From NCBI GenBank assembly GCA_046582495.1, contig JAYGEG010000152.1, positions 5,949 to 69,948 on the forward strand: DNA of 64,000 nt. The letters are read 5' to 3'. Shown here piece by piece: positions 39,250 through 47,851 of the stretch (position 1 is the first letter of the stretch; each line of letters opens with the position of its first letter). The position numbers and the translations under genes were made by a program. Below the pieces are notes generated by a model, which did not search any database, was not told the origin of the DNA, and was given only the letters and a program-made list of their open reading frames with translations. The stretch is from Rhodospirillales bacterium. GTDB taxonomy: Bacteria > Pseudomonadota > Alphaproteobacteria > Rhodospirillales > UBA2165.

Positions 39250-39380
39250 GTTAATTATCAACAGTTGAGTAATTTGATATGTAATTAAGTATGGTGTCCC
39301 CTTAATTAGCTATTGTTAATTATCAACAGTTGAATAATTTGGTATGTAATTAAGTAATGGTGTCCCCTTAATTAACTATT
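39250..39380. repeat. tandem duplication of a ~65-bp AT-rich unit (2 copies)
   Basis: Units at 39250..39314 and 39315..39380. Each is gttaattaTCAACaGTTGA(g/a)taattt...gtaattaagta(a)tggtgtccccttaatta. The last bases overlap the stop codon of the COG0523 gene. Confidence 0.8.
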
Positions 39381-40389
39381 TCAGGATTGAGATCAGCGCG
39401 GTTTCGATTTCACCCCAATCAACAGACTCTCCTTCAGCAATAATAATCTCCAGTCGAGAGTCGCGACGGTAGGCGATGGGCGTGACAGATATTTCGTTGC
39501 GCGTGCGATCAATCAGCACCCACTCCGCGCCAATACGAAACACCCCTTTGAGGCGCTCGACATTCTCGAGACCCTTGGGTCCAGGCGGGCCTAAATAATC
39601 GACCAGCTCATCTTGCTTAAAAACATCTTCCGGTGAAAAAATCCAGCCACAGCCCTGATACCCGTTGCCCGAATTCTCGACGCGCACAGGTTTCCCCACT
39701 TCAGGCACACCAAGCTCGACGGGCGTAGGGGTTTCAGCATGGTCGTGCAAATGCGGAAACAATGGCAAGCGTTCGTCGTTGGCTTTGAAATCCAAAAGAT
39801 CCATATCAATTTCACCCATGACGGCCTGTTCGATCCCAAGTTTTGGTGGAAACAGCTCCGCCGCCCAATGGTGAAAATGCGCAAGCTCGTCTTTCGTGGC
39901 GAGATCGGCTTTACTGGCAATTAAAATATCGGCGAGATGGACTTGATCTTGAAACACTTCAACATTTTCGATACGAGGATCGCCGATAAACCTCGGATCA
40001 ACAAAACAAATTACCGCGCCAACATCGATGACGGCTTTGAGATCGTCTTTCCTGAGTTCATCTAAAATGCCGGCGGGATGTCCGAGCCCGGTCGGCTCGA
40101 TCAACAAGCGATCCGGTTTGGCTCGGCGTAAAATCTCAGTGATCGCAACCCGCATCGGCACATTCATCATGCAGCACATACAGCCGCCCGGTATTTCGCG
40201 GATCGTGACGCCTTGTTCTGTTTCGTCTTGGAGTATCACTTGATCGACGGCGACTTCACCAAACTCATTGACCAATATGGCCCAGTTCTCGTCTTCAGGT
40301 TTGCGCGCGAGAAGAGAGCGAATGGCCGTTGTTTTACCAACCCCAAAAAAGCCAGTGAACAGTGTTGTCGGAACGTTGGAAATAGTCAT
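39376..40389 (-). CDS. COG0523 (CobW/YjiA-type) G3E metallochaperone GTPase paralog
   Basis: 337 aa. P-loop GFFGVGKTT and metal motif GGCMCC. Lacks the His/Asp/Glu-rich insert seen in the cobN-linked CobW. Confidence 0.8.
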   Translation of the reverse strand: MTISNVPTTLFTGFFGVGKTTAIRSLLARKPEDENWAILVNEFGEVAVDQVILQDETEQGVTIREIPGGCMCCMMNVPMRVAITEILRRAKPDRLLIEPTGLGHPAGILDELRKDDLKAVIDVGAVICFVDPRFIGDPRIENVEVFQDQVHLADILIASKADLATKDELAHFHHWAAELFPPKLGIEQAVMGEIDMDLLDFKANDERLPLFPHLHDHAETPTPVELGVPEVGKPVRVENSGNGYQGCGWIFSPEDVFKQDELVDYLGPPGPKGLENVERLKGVFRIGAEWVLIDRTRNEISVTPIAYRRDSRLEIIIAEGESVDWGEIETALISILK

Positions 40390-40392
40390 TTG

Positions 40393-41238
40393 CTAAATAT
40401 TCTGTTTCATAAGTTTTAGAGATAGCTCGCGTGCCATATAATGAGCAACCGCTTCTTCGCTGCATTTTTCCTCCCACCACACGCGGTTTTGGAGAGAGAT
40501 TTCCTGCATCTTACCTTCATTTGATAACAAATCATCTGCCAATCCTTTAAGGTCTGTCCAATCATCAATCTCGATCACCGGCCAGCCTTCGGTAAACCAT
40601 GTCGGCAACTGCCGGGCAGCGATCACAACACATCCGGAACGCATCGCCTCATAAATGCGGAATGTCTCGTGACTGACACCTCTTGGGCAAAGCGCGATTT
40701 TTGTTTGCGCCAGCTTATGGGCGTAAACCTCGGACGAATGACCCGCCCGAAATCCTTCGGCCCGCTCAATCTCGATCCGCGCGCCGCGCTGATCCTCGGG
40801 ATAAAGCATATCCATCGCCGCGTAGAAATCATCACGGTACTCATCCCGGCCAATGAAGTAGAGATCGATCGACCGGTCCCGGATCAGCTGAACCGGCAAT
40901 GCGGGTACATCTTTATTGCAGCCCAGCGGCACGATGCGGATGGTGTCAGGCGTCGGTTCAAACGGTCGGTAGTTCTTAAACGCCATGAAAACATCTTCCG
41001 CGTATGCCGGAATTTCATGGCCTTCATCACTCACTTGATAGACAACCGTGCGCTCGTTATGGGCAAGTGCGATATCATCGGCGAGCGACGTCACAATAAA
41101 TACGAAGCGATCCGCAAAACCCAAATTGAAGAGATAATGCTCCAGCCGCGTCAATGTGCCTTGAACATGATCCCATTCGCACCAGTTCTCGGGCATCTCC
41201 CAAATGACATTTAGATTTTCGAAGGATGGATCAGCCAT
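40393..41238 (-). CDS. hypothetical protein with exostosin (GT47)-like C-terminal region
   Basis: 281 aa. KIALCPRGVSHETFRIYEAMRSGCVVI...DDWTDL resembles the GT47/exostosin C-terminal pattern. Its stop lies 3 nt before the COG0523 start. Confidence 0.35.
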   Translation of the reverse strand: MADPSFENLNVIWEMPENWCEWDHVQGTLTRLEHYLFNLGFADRFVFIVTSLADDIALAHNERTVVYQVSDEGHEIPAYAEDVFMAFKNYRPFEPTPDTIRIVPLGCNKDVPALPVQLIRDRSIDLYFIGRDEYRDDFYAAMDMLYPEDQRGARIEIERAEGFRAGHSSEVYAHKLAQTKIALCPRGVSHETFRIYEAMRSGCVVIAARQLPTWFTEGWPVIEIDDWTDLKGLADDLLSNEGKMQEISLQNRVWWEEKCSEEAVAHYMARELSLKLMKQNI

Positions 41239-41308
41239 ACTCTTTCCATAGCATAGATTCGCAAAAAGGTCTGCTGTCCGTGACCGCTAAAACTTGATAG
41301 AATAGGCC

Positions 41309-42325
41309 ATGTTTGATAATGGAAAATCCCGAAATTCACCGCTGCATGGCGGCAATTTAACAGCCGCAAAAGCGGAGTTCGGCGCGCCCAAAGAAGGATG
41401 GATCGACCTATCTACCGGCATAAACCCTGTTTGCTACCCAAGGACTGAAATTAGTGAGCAATCACTTCGCATGTTGCCGACGCCGGGCGATGTCGAAATC
41501 TTAACCAACGCAGCGCGAGACTATTATTGCGTTGAAAACGAAGGCGCGATCATTGCCGCGCCTGGCACGCAATCGGTACTTCAAAACCTGCCGCAACTTT
41601 ATCCTGATCGAAAGATCGCCATTTTATCACCTACCTATAGCGAGCACGGCCATACCTGGGAATCTGCCGGCAATGAAATTTTCCGCGCTGAGGAATTTGA
41701 AGCGCTTTCAATCGGCGATGTTGCTGTTCTGGTGAACCCGAACAACCCGGATGGCCGAAGATATTCGCCGGAGGATATAGTGCGCCTCGCCAAGAAGGTT
41801 GAATTGCTGATTGTCGATGAAGCTTTTTGTGACGCCTCGCCAGATTTAAGTGTTGTGCCACATTTAAAAAGCTCAAACATTCTGGTTTTACGCTCAATCG
41901 GAAAATTCTTTGGCTTGGCGGGTTTGCGGCTTGGCTTCGTCATCGGCGATGCTGGGATCACGGATGCGCTTCGGGATCAATTGGGGCCTTGGTCAGTCTC
42001 TGGTCCGGCGATTGAAATTGGCGAACGCGCGCTTCTGGACATCGCGTGGATCGCTGAGATGCAAAAAACTCTTGCCGTTCAAAGCACCAAGTTGAACGAT
42101 CTGCTGAGCGCGCATGCGCTAACCATAGTCGGCGGCACCGAGTTATTTACGCTGATCGAAACCGAAGAGGCGCAGGCGATATACAAAACTTTTGGCCGCG
42201 CCGGCATCTTACTGCGGCGCTTCGAAGATCAACCGAATTGGCTGAGGATTGGACTTCCTGGCGTAAAATCTGAATGGCAGAGATTTGAAGCTGTTTTAAA
42301 CGCGATCGATAATATGGGCGAATGA
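41309..42325 (+). CDS. cobD: L-threonine-O-3-phosphate decarboxylase (PLP aminotransferase class I/II fold)
   Basis: 338 aa. The start HGGNL...IDLSTGINP and the RSIGKFFGLAGLRLG Lys block are typical of CobD. cob context. Confidence 0.8.
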   Translation: MFDNGKSRNSPLHGGNLTAAKAEFGAPKEGWIDLSTGINPVCYPRTEISEQSLRMLPTPGDVEILTNAARDYYCVENEGAIIAAPGTQSVLQNLPQLYPDRKIAILSPTYSEHGHTWESAGNEIFRAEEFEALSIGDVAVLVNPNNPDGRRYSPEDIVRLAKKVELLIVDEAFCDASPDLSVVPHLKSSNILVLRSIGKFFGLAGLRLGFVIGDAGITDALRDQLGPWSVSGPAIEIGERALLDIAWIAEMQKTLAVQSTKLNDLLSAHALTIVGGTELFTLIETEEAQAIYKTFGRAGILLRRFEDQPNWLRIGLPGVKSEWQRFEAVLNAIDNMGE

Positions 42326-43627
42326 GCCCATCACACGTCCGACGCGGCAGCCCATTTCCGCCAATTCGCCGCCGCGCGCATCTTTGGCGATAAACAAAGG
42401 CCCGGCATCGCCAGTTGCCGTCAATTCGCAATAATGAAACTCGTGTGCTTTGAATTTAGCATCGATAGCCCCAAGAGCCCCCTCATCGATCAGCGATAAT
42501 TGACGATAGCCTAGATGTAGTTTGGGAGCAGCGAAGGAGGTTTTAATCGGCAACAGACCGAGCATGTCGTGTGATCTGCCATCGCCGTCAGTGAGCGTTT
42601 CGCCCAGCACCATAAAGCCGCCGCATTCACCGTAAACCACCGCGCCGTTGGTGACCGCATTCGCCATCGCTTCGAAAAAATTATGATTGCCGGCAATCTC
42701 CGCAGCATGGAGTTCGGGATAACCGCCCGGCAAATAGATACTGTCTGCCTCTGGGTCCGGCGCTTCACCGGCCAGGGGCGAGAAAAAACTGATCTCCGTT
42801 CCTGCCTCTCGCCAGCCGTCAATGATATGATCGTAGCAAAAGGCGAACGCGTCATCTCGGGCAATCGCTGTGTGTTTGCCGAGCGCAGAAAGAGCTGAAA
42901 ACGCAGGAGATGCAGAAACCTGCGCCGAATGCCGAGCGATCTTGGTGAGTAATTTGAGATCAACATGCGCCGCGACGTTAGAAGCTGCTGCATCCAACCA
43001 TTGATCCAGTTTAGGTAATTCTTTGGCTTGGATCAGCCCCAAATGACGGCTCGGCAGCTCAAGATCAGCATTGCGCGGAATACAGCCAAGACATGCGATG
43101 CCTGTCGGTTCAATCGCTTCCCGCAATATAGTTTCGTGACCGGGTCCACCAATGCGATTGAAAATCACAGCGGCTATATCAATATCATCCCGGTGGTTGG
43201 TAAATCCTTCAACCAGCGCCGCAACGGACGCGGCTTGCGCTTTGGCATCAATCACCAGCACGACCGGCCAATCCAAGCTTTTGGCCGCATCTGCCGTACT
43301 GCCGGCATTTGCTGAGGAACCCGTGCTCGCACCATCAAATAAACCCATGACGCCTTCGGTAATGATAATTTCAGCCTGGTCGGTCTCAGCAGCGATTTGA
43401 TTTGCCAGCGTCTCTTCCCGCATCGCCCAAAAATCCAAATTTCGGCAAAGCTGACCGGAAGCTGCCGCATGATAGGCAGGGTCAATGTAGTCCGGGCCGA
43501 TTTTAAAAGAGCCAACTTTAACGCCAGCATTTTTTAAGGCGCGGAGGAGACTGAGCGTGATAACTGTTTTACCGCTGCCTGACGACGGGGCCGCAATGAT
43601 TAGTCCTGCAGCGCCTGCATCAGGCAT
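42296..43627 (-). CDS. cobB: cobyrinate / hydrogenobyrinate a,c-diamide synthase
   Basis: 443 aa. SGSGKTV P-loop, GPDYIDP, and a C-terminal GATase (YGECGGFMVLG). Confidence 0.9.
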   Translation of the reverse strand: MPDAGAAGLIIAAPSSGSGKTVITLSLLRALKNAGVKVGSFKIGPDYIDPAYHAAASGQLCRNLDFWAMREETLANQIAAETDQAEIIITEGVMGLFDGASTGSSANAGSTADAAKSLDWPVVLVIDAKAQAASVAALVEGFTNHRDDIDIAAVIFNRIGGPGHETILREAIEPTGIACLGCIPRNADLELPSRHLGLIQAKELPKLDQWLDAAASNVAAHVDLKLLTKIARHSAQVSASPAFSALSALGKHTAIARDDAFAFCYDHIIDGWREAGTEISFFSPLAGEAPDPEADSIYLPGGYPELHAAEIAGNHNFFEAMANAVTNGAVVYGECGGFMVLGETLTDGDGRSHDMLGLLPIKTSFAAPKLHLGYRQLSLIDEGALGAIDAKFKAHEFHYCELTATGDAGPLFIAKDARGGELAEMGCRVGRVMGSFAHIIDRV

Positions 43628-44402
43628 CGGGCAACCATTTCAATTGCTCACGAAAATTGACGATATCACCGACGACGATCAAGGCGGGCGGCTCCAAAGT
43701 GGAGGCCGCCAAATCAGCCGCACATTTTTCCAGCGTGGAGACCAGCACCTGCTGATCCGGCGTTGTGGCTTTGGCGATTATCGCAACCGGCTCGGAAGCG
43801 GCGCGCCCGGCTTCCCGCAATTGATCGGCGATTCGTCCAATATGCTTGGTTCCCATAAAAAATATCAGCGCCGGAGAACCATCAGCAAGCGCCCGCCAAT
43901 TGATATCATCGGGCACTGTGCCGCCGGCAGTATGACCGGTGATAAAAGTAACAGCGGTATTTGTCCCCCGCGTTGTCATTGGAATACCGGCATAGGCCAG
44001 CCCACCAACACCGGCTGTAATACCCGGCACAATCCGAAATGGAACGGACTCTTCTGCGAGCCGCAAACATTCTTCCGCGCCGCGGCCAAAGACAAACGGA
44101 TCACCGCCTTTAAGCCTTAAAACCCGCTTGTTTTCCTGGGCCAATGCGACCAAGCGATCACTGATATCTTGCTGCTTTGCCGACGGTTTGCCGCCGCGTT
44201 TGCCGGCATATTCCATCTCAGCATTTTCGCCCGCCAATTTTATAATTTCGTCGCCGACGAGAGCGTCATAGACAATCACATCGGCCTGTTGAATACCGTG
44301 CAAAGCTAGGATCGATAGCAGGCCCGGATCGCCTGGACCGGCGCCGACAATCCACACGCTTCCGGGCTCAAATACGGGAAGATCAATTGAAAGGTTTTCC
44401 AT
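43620..44402 (-). CDS. cobA: uroporphyrinogen-III C-methyltransferase
   Basis: 260 aa (VWIVGAGPGDPGLLS, RLKGGDPFVFGRG). Confidence 0.9.
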   Translation of the reverse strand: MENLSIDLPVFEPGSVWIVGAGPGDPGLLSILALHGIQQADVIVYDALVGDEIIKLAGENAEMEYAGKRGGKPSAKQQDISDRLVALAQENKRVLRLKGGDPFVFGRGAEECLRLAEESVPFRIVPGITAGVGGLAYAGIPMTTRGTNTAVTFITGHTAGGTVPDDINWRALADGSPALIFFMGTKHIGRIADQLREAGRAASEPVAIIAKATTPDQQVLVSTLEKCAADLAASTLEPPALIVVGDIVNFREQLKWLPDA

Positions 44403-44455
44403 AGCCGCAGAATTTAGCAGAATGGAGACCAGTTGAAAGGCTATAAGTTAGATAC

Positions 44456-45568
44456 ATGCAAAATAGTGACGATACCGAAGACTTTGACGATAGGCGAGAG
44501 CTCAAGCGCGGCTGGACGACGGGTGCTTGCGCCACCGCCGCGGCGAAGGCAGCTTATATTGGGTTGCTGACGGGTAAGCTGCTAGGCGAAGTCGAGATAA
44601 CACTGCCTAGCGGCCAAACGCCAGTGTTTCAAATCCACGAATCGCAGCTTAACGGCGATAGCGTCATGGTCGCCATTGAGAAAGACGCCGGCGATGATCC
44701 CGACGTCACTCATGGGGCGATCATTCGTGTCTCGCTAAAAAAAGCTGAAAAGCTTGTTTTCACAGCGGGTGCAGGGGTCGGCACGGTGACCAAACCGGGC
44801 CTGCCTCTGGCGGTTGGCGAGCCAGCGATTAACCCGGCGCCGCGCCAAATGATCGAGGATAATCTTCGAACCGTTGCTGACACTGCGGGCATTGAACTTG
44901 GCGTGGAAGTTGAAATCTCCGTCGATGACGGCGAAGCCATAGCGGAAAAAACCTGGAACCCGCGCCTCGGCATTTTGGGCGGGCTTTCGATTTTAGGCAC
45001 CACCGGCATCGTTATCCCCTATTCCTGCTCGGCCTGGATCGCCTCCATCCATCAAGGCATCGATGTTGCCCGCGCGACCAACATCACCCATGTCGCGGCC
45101 TGTACCGGCAAAACCTCTGAAAAAGCTGCGACCGAACTTTATGGGTTTGAGCCCTCCGCCATATTGGATATGGGAGATTTTGCCGGCGGCACGCTGAAAT
45201 ATCTCCGCACCCACCCGATCCCCAAAGTCACGATCGCCAGCGGTTTTGGCAAGCTGTCCAAACTCGCTGCTGGGCATATGGATTTACACTCCAAGCGCTC
45301 TCAGGTCGACCCACAGTTTTTAGCCAAACTTGCCGCTGAAGATGGCGCACCAAGCGACATTTGTGATCAAATCGCCGCCGAAAATTCTGCCGGGGCAATT
45401 ATGGAGATCATGGAAAAGAATAATCTGACCCTTGGCGATCACGTCGCCAGCATCGCCCAAGGAATTGCCTTAAAAGAGGTTCACAATAATGTTGATATCG
45501 AAGTCTTGGTCTATGATCGCCGCGGCAATCAGATCGGCCATGCGCCGTTTAAAGGAGAAGCTGGATGA
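44456..45568 (+). CDS. cbiD: cobalt-precorrin-5B (C1)-methyltransferase CbiD
   Basis: 370 aa. Hallmark LKRGWTTGACATAAAKAA and GILGGLSILGTTGIV. Confidence 0.9.
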   Translation: MQNSDDTEDFDDRRELKRGWTTGACATAAAKAAYIGLLTGKLLGEVEITLPSGQTPVFQIHESQLNGDSVMVAIEKDAGDDPDVTHGAIIRVSLKKAEKLVFTAGAGVGTVTKPGLPLAVGEPAINPAPRQMIEDNLRTVADTAGIELGVEVEISVDDGEAIAEKTWNPRLGILGGLSILGTTGIVIPYSCSAWIASIHQGIDVARATNITHVAACTGKTSEKAATELYGFEPSAILDMGDFAGGTLKYLRTHPIPKVTIASGFGKLSKLAAGHMDLHSKRSQVDPQFLAKLAAEDGAPSDICDQIAAENSAGAIMEIMEKNNLTLGDHVASIAQGIALKEVHNNVDIEVLVYDRRGNQIGHAPFKGEAG

Positions 45569-46302
45569 AACGGCTGTTGATTCTCGGCGGCACAGGCGAT
45601 GCAGCGAAACTCGCCGGCGCCGCCAGCAAGCTCACCGATTTGGAAGTCATCTATTCTCTCGCCGGGCGGACGCGCAATCCCAATTTGCCGGACTGCAAAA
45701 TTCGTATCGGCGGGTTTGGCGGCGTTGATGGCTTGGCGGCTTATTTAGAAGACTCCAAAATCGATATGGTCATTGATGCAACTCATCCTTTTGCCGCAAC
45801 GATGGCCAGCCACGCGGCGGATGCCTGCAACAAAGCCAACGTTGCGCGGGTGAAATTTGGCCGTGCCGCTTGGGTGCCTGACAGCATAGACTGGATATCA
45901 GTCTCGGACTACAAAGGCGCGGTTGATCACCTTAAAAATTTAGGCGACCGGGTTTTTCTTTCGATTGGTACCAAGGATTTGGGCGCGTTCTCAAGTCTCA
46001 CCGATAAATGGTATTTGATTAGGGCCGTCGAAAAGCCTGAAGCGCCGATCCCACTGACAAACCATGATCTTTTGTTAGAGCGCGGCCCCTTCGATGACGC
46101 CCATGAACGCACGATACTCGTCACCACTCAAATCGATGTGCTGGTATCTAAAAACTCCGGCGGCGCAATGGCGGCGAAACTTCAAGCTGCCAACGACCTC
46201 GGTATTCCGATTGTGATGATTGAACAGCCGGAGCCGCCGGAAGGCGAAGTCCTCACAACACTCGATCACACCCTCGGCTGGATCGAAGCCCGGCTCACAT
46301 AA
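45565..46302 (+). CDS. cobK: precorrin-6A (cobalt-precorrin-6A) reductase
   Basis: 245 aa (LILGGTGDA...DATHPFA...SKNSGG). 4-nt overlap with cbiD. Confidence 0.85.
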   Translation: MKRLLILGGTGDAAKLAGAASKLTDLEVIYSLAGRTRNPNLPDCKIRIGGFGGVDGLAAYLEDSKIDMVIDATHPFAATMASHAADACNKANVARVKFGRAAWVPDSIDWISVSDYKGAVDHLKNLGDRVFLSIGTKDLGAFSSLTDKWYLIRAVEKPEAPIPLTNHDLLLERGPFDDAHERTILVTTQIDVLVSKNSGGAMAAKLQAANDLGIPIVMIEQPEPPEGEVLTTLDHTLGWIEARLT

Positions 46303-46325
46303 AGGGGACATCTTCTTGGCATGAG

Positions 46326-46364
46326 AATTAGGGGGACATGTAATTGTTACGTGTCCCCTTAATT
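46326..46364. repeat. ~18-bp-stem hairpin aattagggggacatgtaa-ttg-ttacgtgtccccttaatt (member of the TTAATT family)
   Basis: Imperfect inverted repeat 24 nt after the cobK stop. Its 3' arm, gtgtccccttaatt, equals the end of both tandem units at 39.3 kb. Confidence 0.7.
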
Positions 46365-46375
46365 CGGGAGGATAC

Positions 46376-46520
46376 AAACCACAGAGAACACAGAGTTCAC
46401 CGAGATTCCAAAGTCATCCTCCCCTCGATTCCCTCCTATCAAGGGAGGGGAAGAATAAAGTCGATCAGTTTCAAACATAAACCCCCTCTCCCCTCGTGGG
46501 AGAGGGCCGGGGTGAGGGGG
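46376..46520. repeat. composite GC-rich REP-like block (second locus)
   Basis: aaaccacagagaacacagagttcaccgag; hairpin cctcccctcgattccctcctatcaagggagggg; hairpin ccctctcccctcgtgggagagggccggggtgaggggg, which is the reverse complement of the module at 21829..21866. Confidence 0.7.
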
Positions 46521-46626
46521 TAAAATAATCTTTGGCTGAAAATATCAGATACGTTACACTTATTATCACCTGTACGGAAAAGTGTTGGTGTTGGTTTCGG
46601 TATAGGGTGAATAAAATGAGGACAGA

Positions 46627-47058
46627 TTGATGTTCGCAGGCCAATTAGCACTCGTTGTCCTAGCCGTGTTTACCGGTGCCGCCCTCTATATCAATATCGC
46701 GGAGCATCCTGCCCGCCTAATATTGGAAGACGGTGCTTTGTTGGCGCAATGGAAGCCGTCATACAAACGAGGCTTTGTGATGCAAGCGAGCCTTGCGGTA
46801 ATTGGGTTTCTGCTTGGCTTTTTGGCATGGTATATGACAGGTATCTGGCAATGGGGTTTGGGAGCCGCCATCCTGGTCTGCAATTGGCCGTTCACGCTTG
46901 TTGCGATCATGCCTGTCAACAATCGATTGATGGCAATGCCGGTCGACTCTCCGACCGATGAATTACGCATTCTAATGTCCAAATGGATCCGATTTCACGC
47001 TGTAAGAAGTGCTCTAGGCGCAACTGCAACCATTATCTTTGTCTGGGCGATGAACTGA
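46627..47058 (+). CDS. DUF1772 (anthrone-oxygenase-like) membrane protein
   Basis: 143 aa with four hydrophobic helices. The pattern (YINIAEHPARL...W.PSYKRG..MQ...NNRL) is typical of DUF1772. Confidence 0.55.
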   Translation: MMFAGQLALVVLAVFTGAALYINIAEHPARLILEDGALLAQWKPSYKRGFVMQASLAVIGFLLGFLAWYMTGIWQWGLGAAILVCNWPFTLVAIMPVNNRLMAMPVDSPTDELRILMSKWIRFHAVRSALGATATIIFVWAMN

Positions 47059-47095
47059 CCCTGACAGACAACACCGTCGCTCTTTGGTTAAACTC

Positions 47096-47851
47096 CTACC
47101 TCGGTCTCAAGACATGCTTGTGGTCTTTGGCGTAGAGGCGGCTGTCGATGAAGTCGTCGTCACCGAAGACGTGGCCGACCATGATGAGGGCTGTACGGGT
47201 GATTTTGGCTTCACGGACTTTGGCGCGGATGTCTGAGAGCGTGCCGGATAAAATAAGCTGGTCCGGCCAGGTCACGCGGTAAACGACATAAACCGGGCAG
47301 TCTTCGCCGTAATGCGGGGTTAGATCTGCAATGACTTTCTTTAAATTCCGAACCGACAAGTGGATCGCGAGGGTTGCTGTCGAGGCGGCCAAGGACGCCA
47401 GTTCCTCACCGTCCGGCATGGAGGATGCTTTGCCGTCCGTGCGGGTAAGGATGATGGTTTGCGAAACTTCCGGCAAGGTGAGTTCGCGGTTGAGCACTGC
47501 GGCAGCGGCGGCAAAGGCTGGGACGCCGGGTGTGACGTCATATTCAATACCGAGCGCATCCAAACGCCGCATTTGTTCAGCAACCGCGCCATAAATAGAG
47601 GGATCGCCGGAGTGCACGCGCGCAACATCGAGGCCGTTGGTATGCGCCTCTTCCATCTTCTCAATGATCTGATCCAAATGCAGGGGCGCTGTATCAATCA
47701 CCTCTGCGCCATCTGGAGCAGCGGCGACCACTTCTGCCGGCACCAGCGAGCCCGCATACAAACAGACCCGGCATTTTTTGATGAGGTTGAGACCACGCAC
47801 GGTAATAAGATCGGGTGCACCTGGACCTGCGCCAATAAAATGAACGGTCAT
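47096..47851 (-). CDS. cobM: precorrin-4 / cobalt-precorrin-4 C11-methyltransferase
   Basis: 251 aa (VHFIGAGPGAPDLITVRG, RVHSGDPSIYGA). Confidence 0.9.
   Translation of the reverse strand: MTVHFIGAGPGAPDLITVRGLNLIKKCRVCLYAGSLVPAEVVAAAPDGAEVIDTAPLHLDQIIEKMEEAHTNGLDVARVHSGDPSIYGAVAEQMRRLDALGIEYDVTPGVPAFAAAAAVLNRELTLPEVSQTIILTRTDGKASSMPDGEELASLAASTATLAIHLSVRNLKKVIADLTPHYGEDCPVYVVYRVTWPDQLILSGTLSDIRAKVREAKITRTALIMVGHVFGDDDFIDSRLYAKDHKHVLRPR

Noticed and set aside
39250-39380. Possible mini-CRISPR array.
   Set aside because: There are only two directly abutting ~65-bp units with no spacers. No cas genes are in the window, and the units are far longer than CRISPR repeats.
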